Shown: positions 56,541 to 58,246 of the stretch, in pieces
Layout of the letters: every line of letters begins with the position of its first letter
Position numbering within the stretch: the stretch's first letter is position 1
Source: an uncultured Deferribacteres bacterium
GTDB taxonomy: Bacteria; Zhuqueibacterota; Zhuqueibacteria; Zhuqueibacterales; Geothermadaptataceae
NCBI GenBank assembly: GCA_964014485.1
Contig: CAXHAT010000018.1
Location: forward strand, 1 to 58,246
Length of the DNA stretch: 58,246 nucleotides
Direction of reading: 5' to 3'
Notes under the pieces: generated by a model
Databases searched by the model: none
What the model was told of the DNA's origin: nothing
Seen by the model: only the letters and a program-made list of their open reading frames with translations
Translations under genes and position numbers: made by a program

Positions 56541-57847
56541 GCAGCCAACAAGGCCTCCGAATTGAGGTGGGTAAAAATTAGCGAAAAGTCGCTATTGATG
56601 GCGTGGATAGAGGTGTTAAGCGCGCGTTCAAGCTGCGGCAGCGACCAATTGTCCAGAAAAACGCCGTCGTCGTTTACACAGTTTTTCGGCAAAAAAATCA
56701 TGTCGCCGTTTTCACGGCGGGAAAGGTTCTTGTAAATATCTTGCCCGGTCAGCAGGCCTGTGATGCGGATCGTTTCGCCGTAAAAATCGTTTTTGACAAT
56801 GACTAACTCCGCCTCAAAATTTTCAACCCGATTCAACGCGCTCACAATTTCACGCTCAACAATATCGCCCATGAGCGTACCGGAAACGAGCGTGACTTTT
56901 TTCCGTTTTTTTAAACGTTTGGGTAAATCAGGCTGGACTTCGTGGAAATCGTTCAACAATCCGCGCACCATGCCGACGCCGTTTTCAAGCTGGTCAAAAG
57001 CGTCGTAGCGCTCTTCCGTCGGCAATTCTCGTTTCGCCAAGATGTAGAATTCGTCCGACGGATAGACAAAATTGATCCCCAACGATTCTTTAAATTTGGC
57101 GGCATGAACGTCAGCAAAATCAATCATTTCTCCGGCATATTTTGGCGTAATCGGTTCTAACTTCGTCAAGCCCTCTCGATGTTTTGTCAGCCCCAGCGGC
57201 ACAAGCGCTACGCTGCGAAGTTGCGGGAAAAACTTTGCCAACCCTTTAAAGGTTTCAACCATAATCTCGCCGTCGTTATGCGTCGGGCAAACGACAACCT
57301 GCGTGTGTAATTCGATACCGTTTTGGGTCAAAAACTCGAGCTTTTCGAGCAGACGATCGTCTTGCCGCAGGCCGAGAAGAAATTTCCGCACTTCAGGTCG
57401 GATCGCGTGGACGGAAATGTAGAGCGGCGAAAGTCTTTGTTCCACGATACGCTCGAGATCGCGTTTGGAGATATTGGTGAGCGTGACATAGTGCCCAGCA
57501 AGAAACGACAGGCGGAAATCTTCGTCGCGGAAATAGAGGCCGTCACGCATCCCGGCGGGATTTTGATCGACAAAACAAAACGGGCAGTCGTTGCCGCACA
57601 TTCGAACTTTGATCGGCTCGAAATCCACGCCCAGCGTCTCGTCCGGCTCCTTCTCAATTTCGATCACAACCGGCTCACCGTCCTGTTCAATTTCAAGCTC
57701 GACGAACTCATCGGCGATGTGAAAACGGAAATCCAAAACGTCTTGCAATTTCCTGCCGTTTACGGCGCGCAAAACGTCCCCGGCCTTCAGTCCGATCTCT
57801 TCCGCGATACTGCCTTTGTCTATGCCGACTATCTTCATAAAATTCAA
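56537..57847 (-). CDS. PDZ + DUF512 putative radical SAM protein (TIGR03279-like)
   Basis: N-terminal PDZ-like segment, CGNDCPFCFVDQ (CX3CX2C), DEDFRLSFL, SDEFY, QLENGVG; start may be 57838. Confidence 0.88.
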   Translation of the reverse strand: MNFMKIVGIDKGSIAEEIGLKAGDVLRAVNGRKLQDVLDFRFHIADEFVELEIEQDGEPVVIEIEKEPDETLGVDFEPIKVRMCGNDCPFCFVDQNPAGMRDGLYFRDEDFRLSFLAGHYVTLTNISKRDLERIVEQRLSPLYISVHAIRPEVRKFLLGLRQDDRLLEKLEFLTQNGIELHTQVVVCPTHNDGEIMVETFKGLAKFFPQLRSVALVPLGLTKHREGLTKLEPITPKYAGEMIDFADVHAAKFKESLGINFVYPSDEFYILAKRELPTEERYDAFDQLENGVGMVRGLLNDFHEVQPDLPKRLKKRKKVTLVSGTLMGDIVEREIVSALNRVENFEAELVIVKNDFYGETIRITGLLTGQDIYKNLSRRENGDMIFLPKNCVNDDGVFLDNWSLPQLERALNTSIHAINSDFSLIFTHLNSEALLAA

Positions 57848-57886
57848 AGAATACGAATACTTACGTCCAGCGCCAAAAAGATTGAA

Positions 57887-57915
57887 AATATAGTTAATCC
57901 GATACTCAATGCCAA
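57887..57915 (-). promoter_or_regulatory. possible sigma70 promoter for the DUF512-der operon
   Basis: TTGGCA-17 bp-TATATT. Confidence 0.4.
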
Positions 57916-58246
57916 AATAATTTTTAACCTGAATTATTCATGAATTGCGTTTTTGAGAAATTTTTGCACGGAATCTATGTGCTTGATTGACGTCATTCGT
58001 TGTTTTGCTTGATTGCCGTTTTCCTTGGCCGTTTATGGCGCTTTTTGTCGCTGGATTTTTTGACTTTTTGTATCATGTTTCTTTATTCTGTCGCTGTTTT
58101 TGGCTGCCCGTCCGCACCATTCCCGTTCACCCAAGCGCCGGGCTGCTTTTTTGTTAAAAACACGTCCTTTCCCCGTCCGCGTGCGGCTATGCGCTCGATC
58201 TCAGTATTTCCAAAACCCGGAAAGCGCGCTGCAATTCATTTTTGAC

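Noticed and set aside
58187..58246. Possible 3' end of an upstream minus-strand gene (...QNELQRAFRVLEILRSSA*)
   Set aside because: Too short at the window edge to identify; the overlapping 58000-58245 plus-strand ORF is also unsupported.

Overview
Bacterial chromosomal window. T9SS-type C-terminal domains, a PorV-family barrel, a GWxTD protein, bS22 and the coaBC-udg-dnaB gene order suggest the FCB group, probably KSB1/Calditrichota-like (inference). The left half (1-29.7 kb) is accessory. It holds an AT-rich patch with a decayed DUF433/PIN toxin-antitoxin pair and a ~4050-aa secreted protein combining a DUF4038 glycoside-hydrolase-like domain, 18 FN3-like repeats, 5 malectins, a CxxCH cytochrome, a PQQ-type sugar dehydrogenase propeller, an SGNH esterase and a T9SS CTD. 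It also holds a hidden DUF3179 selenoprotein split at an in-frame UGA with a SECIS-like hairpin, a TPR/transglutaminase-like protein, an orphan GroES, and a TonB receptor-oxidoreductase-M1 peptidase cluster. The right half is mostly minus-strand housekeeping genes (nadD, bamD, ruvX, HU, rel, dnaB, udg, coaBC, rpoZ, gmk, yicC, mutS, nadK, xseAB, sppA, der). Features missed by the ORF track include two copies of a 174-bp MITE carrying a REP doublet, a 31-aa ribosomal protein bS22, a ~195-nt rod-like palindrome (candidate ncRNA), a GGAG-type REP doublet and several near-consensus sigma70 promoters. All calls come from reading the sequence; no searches were run.
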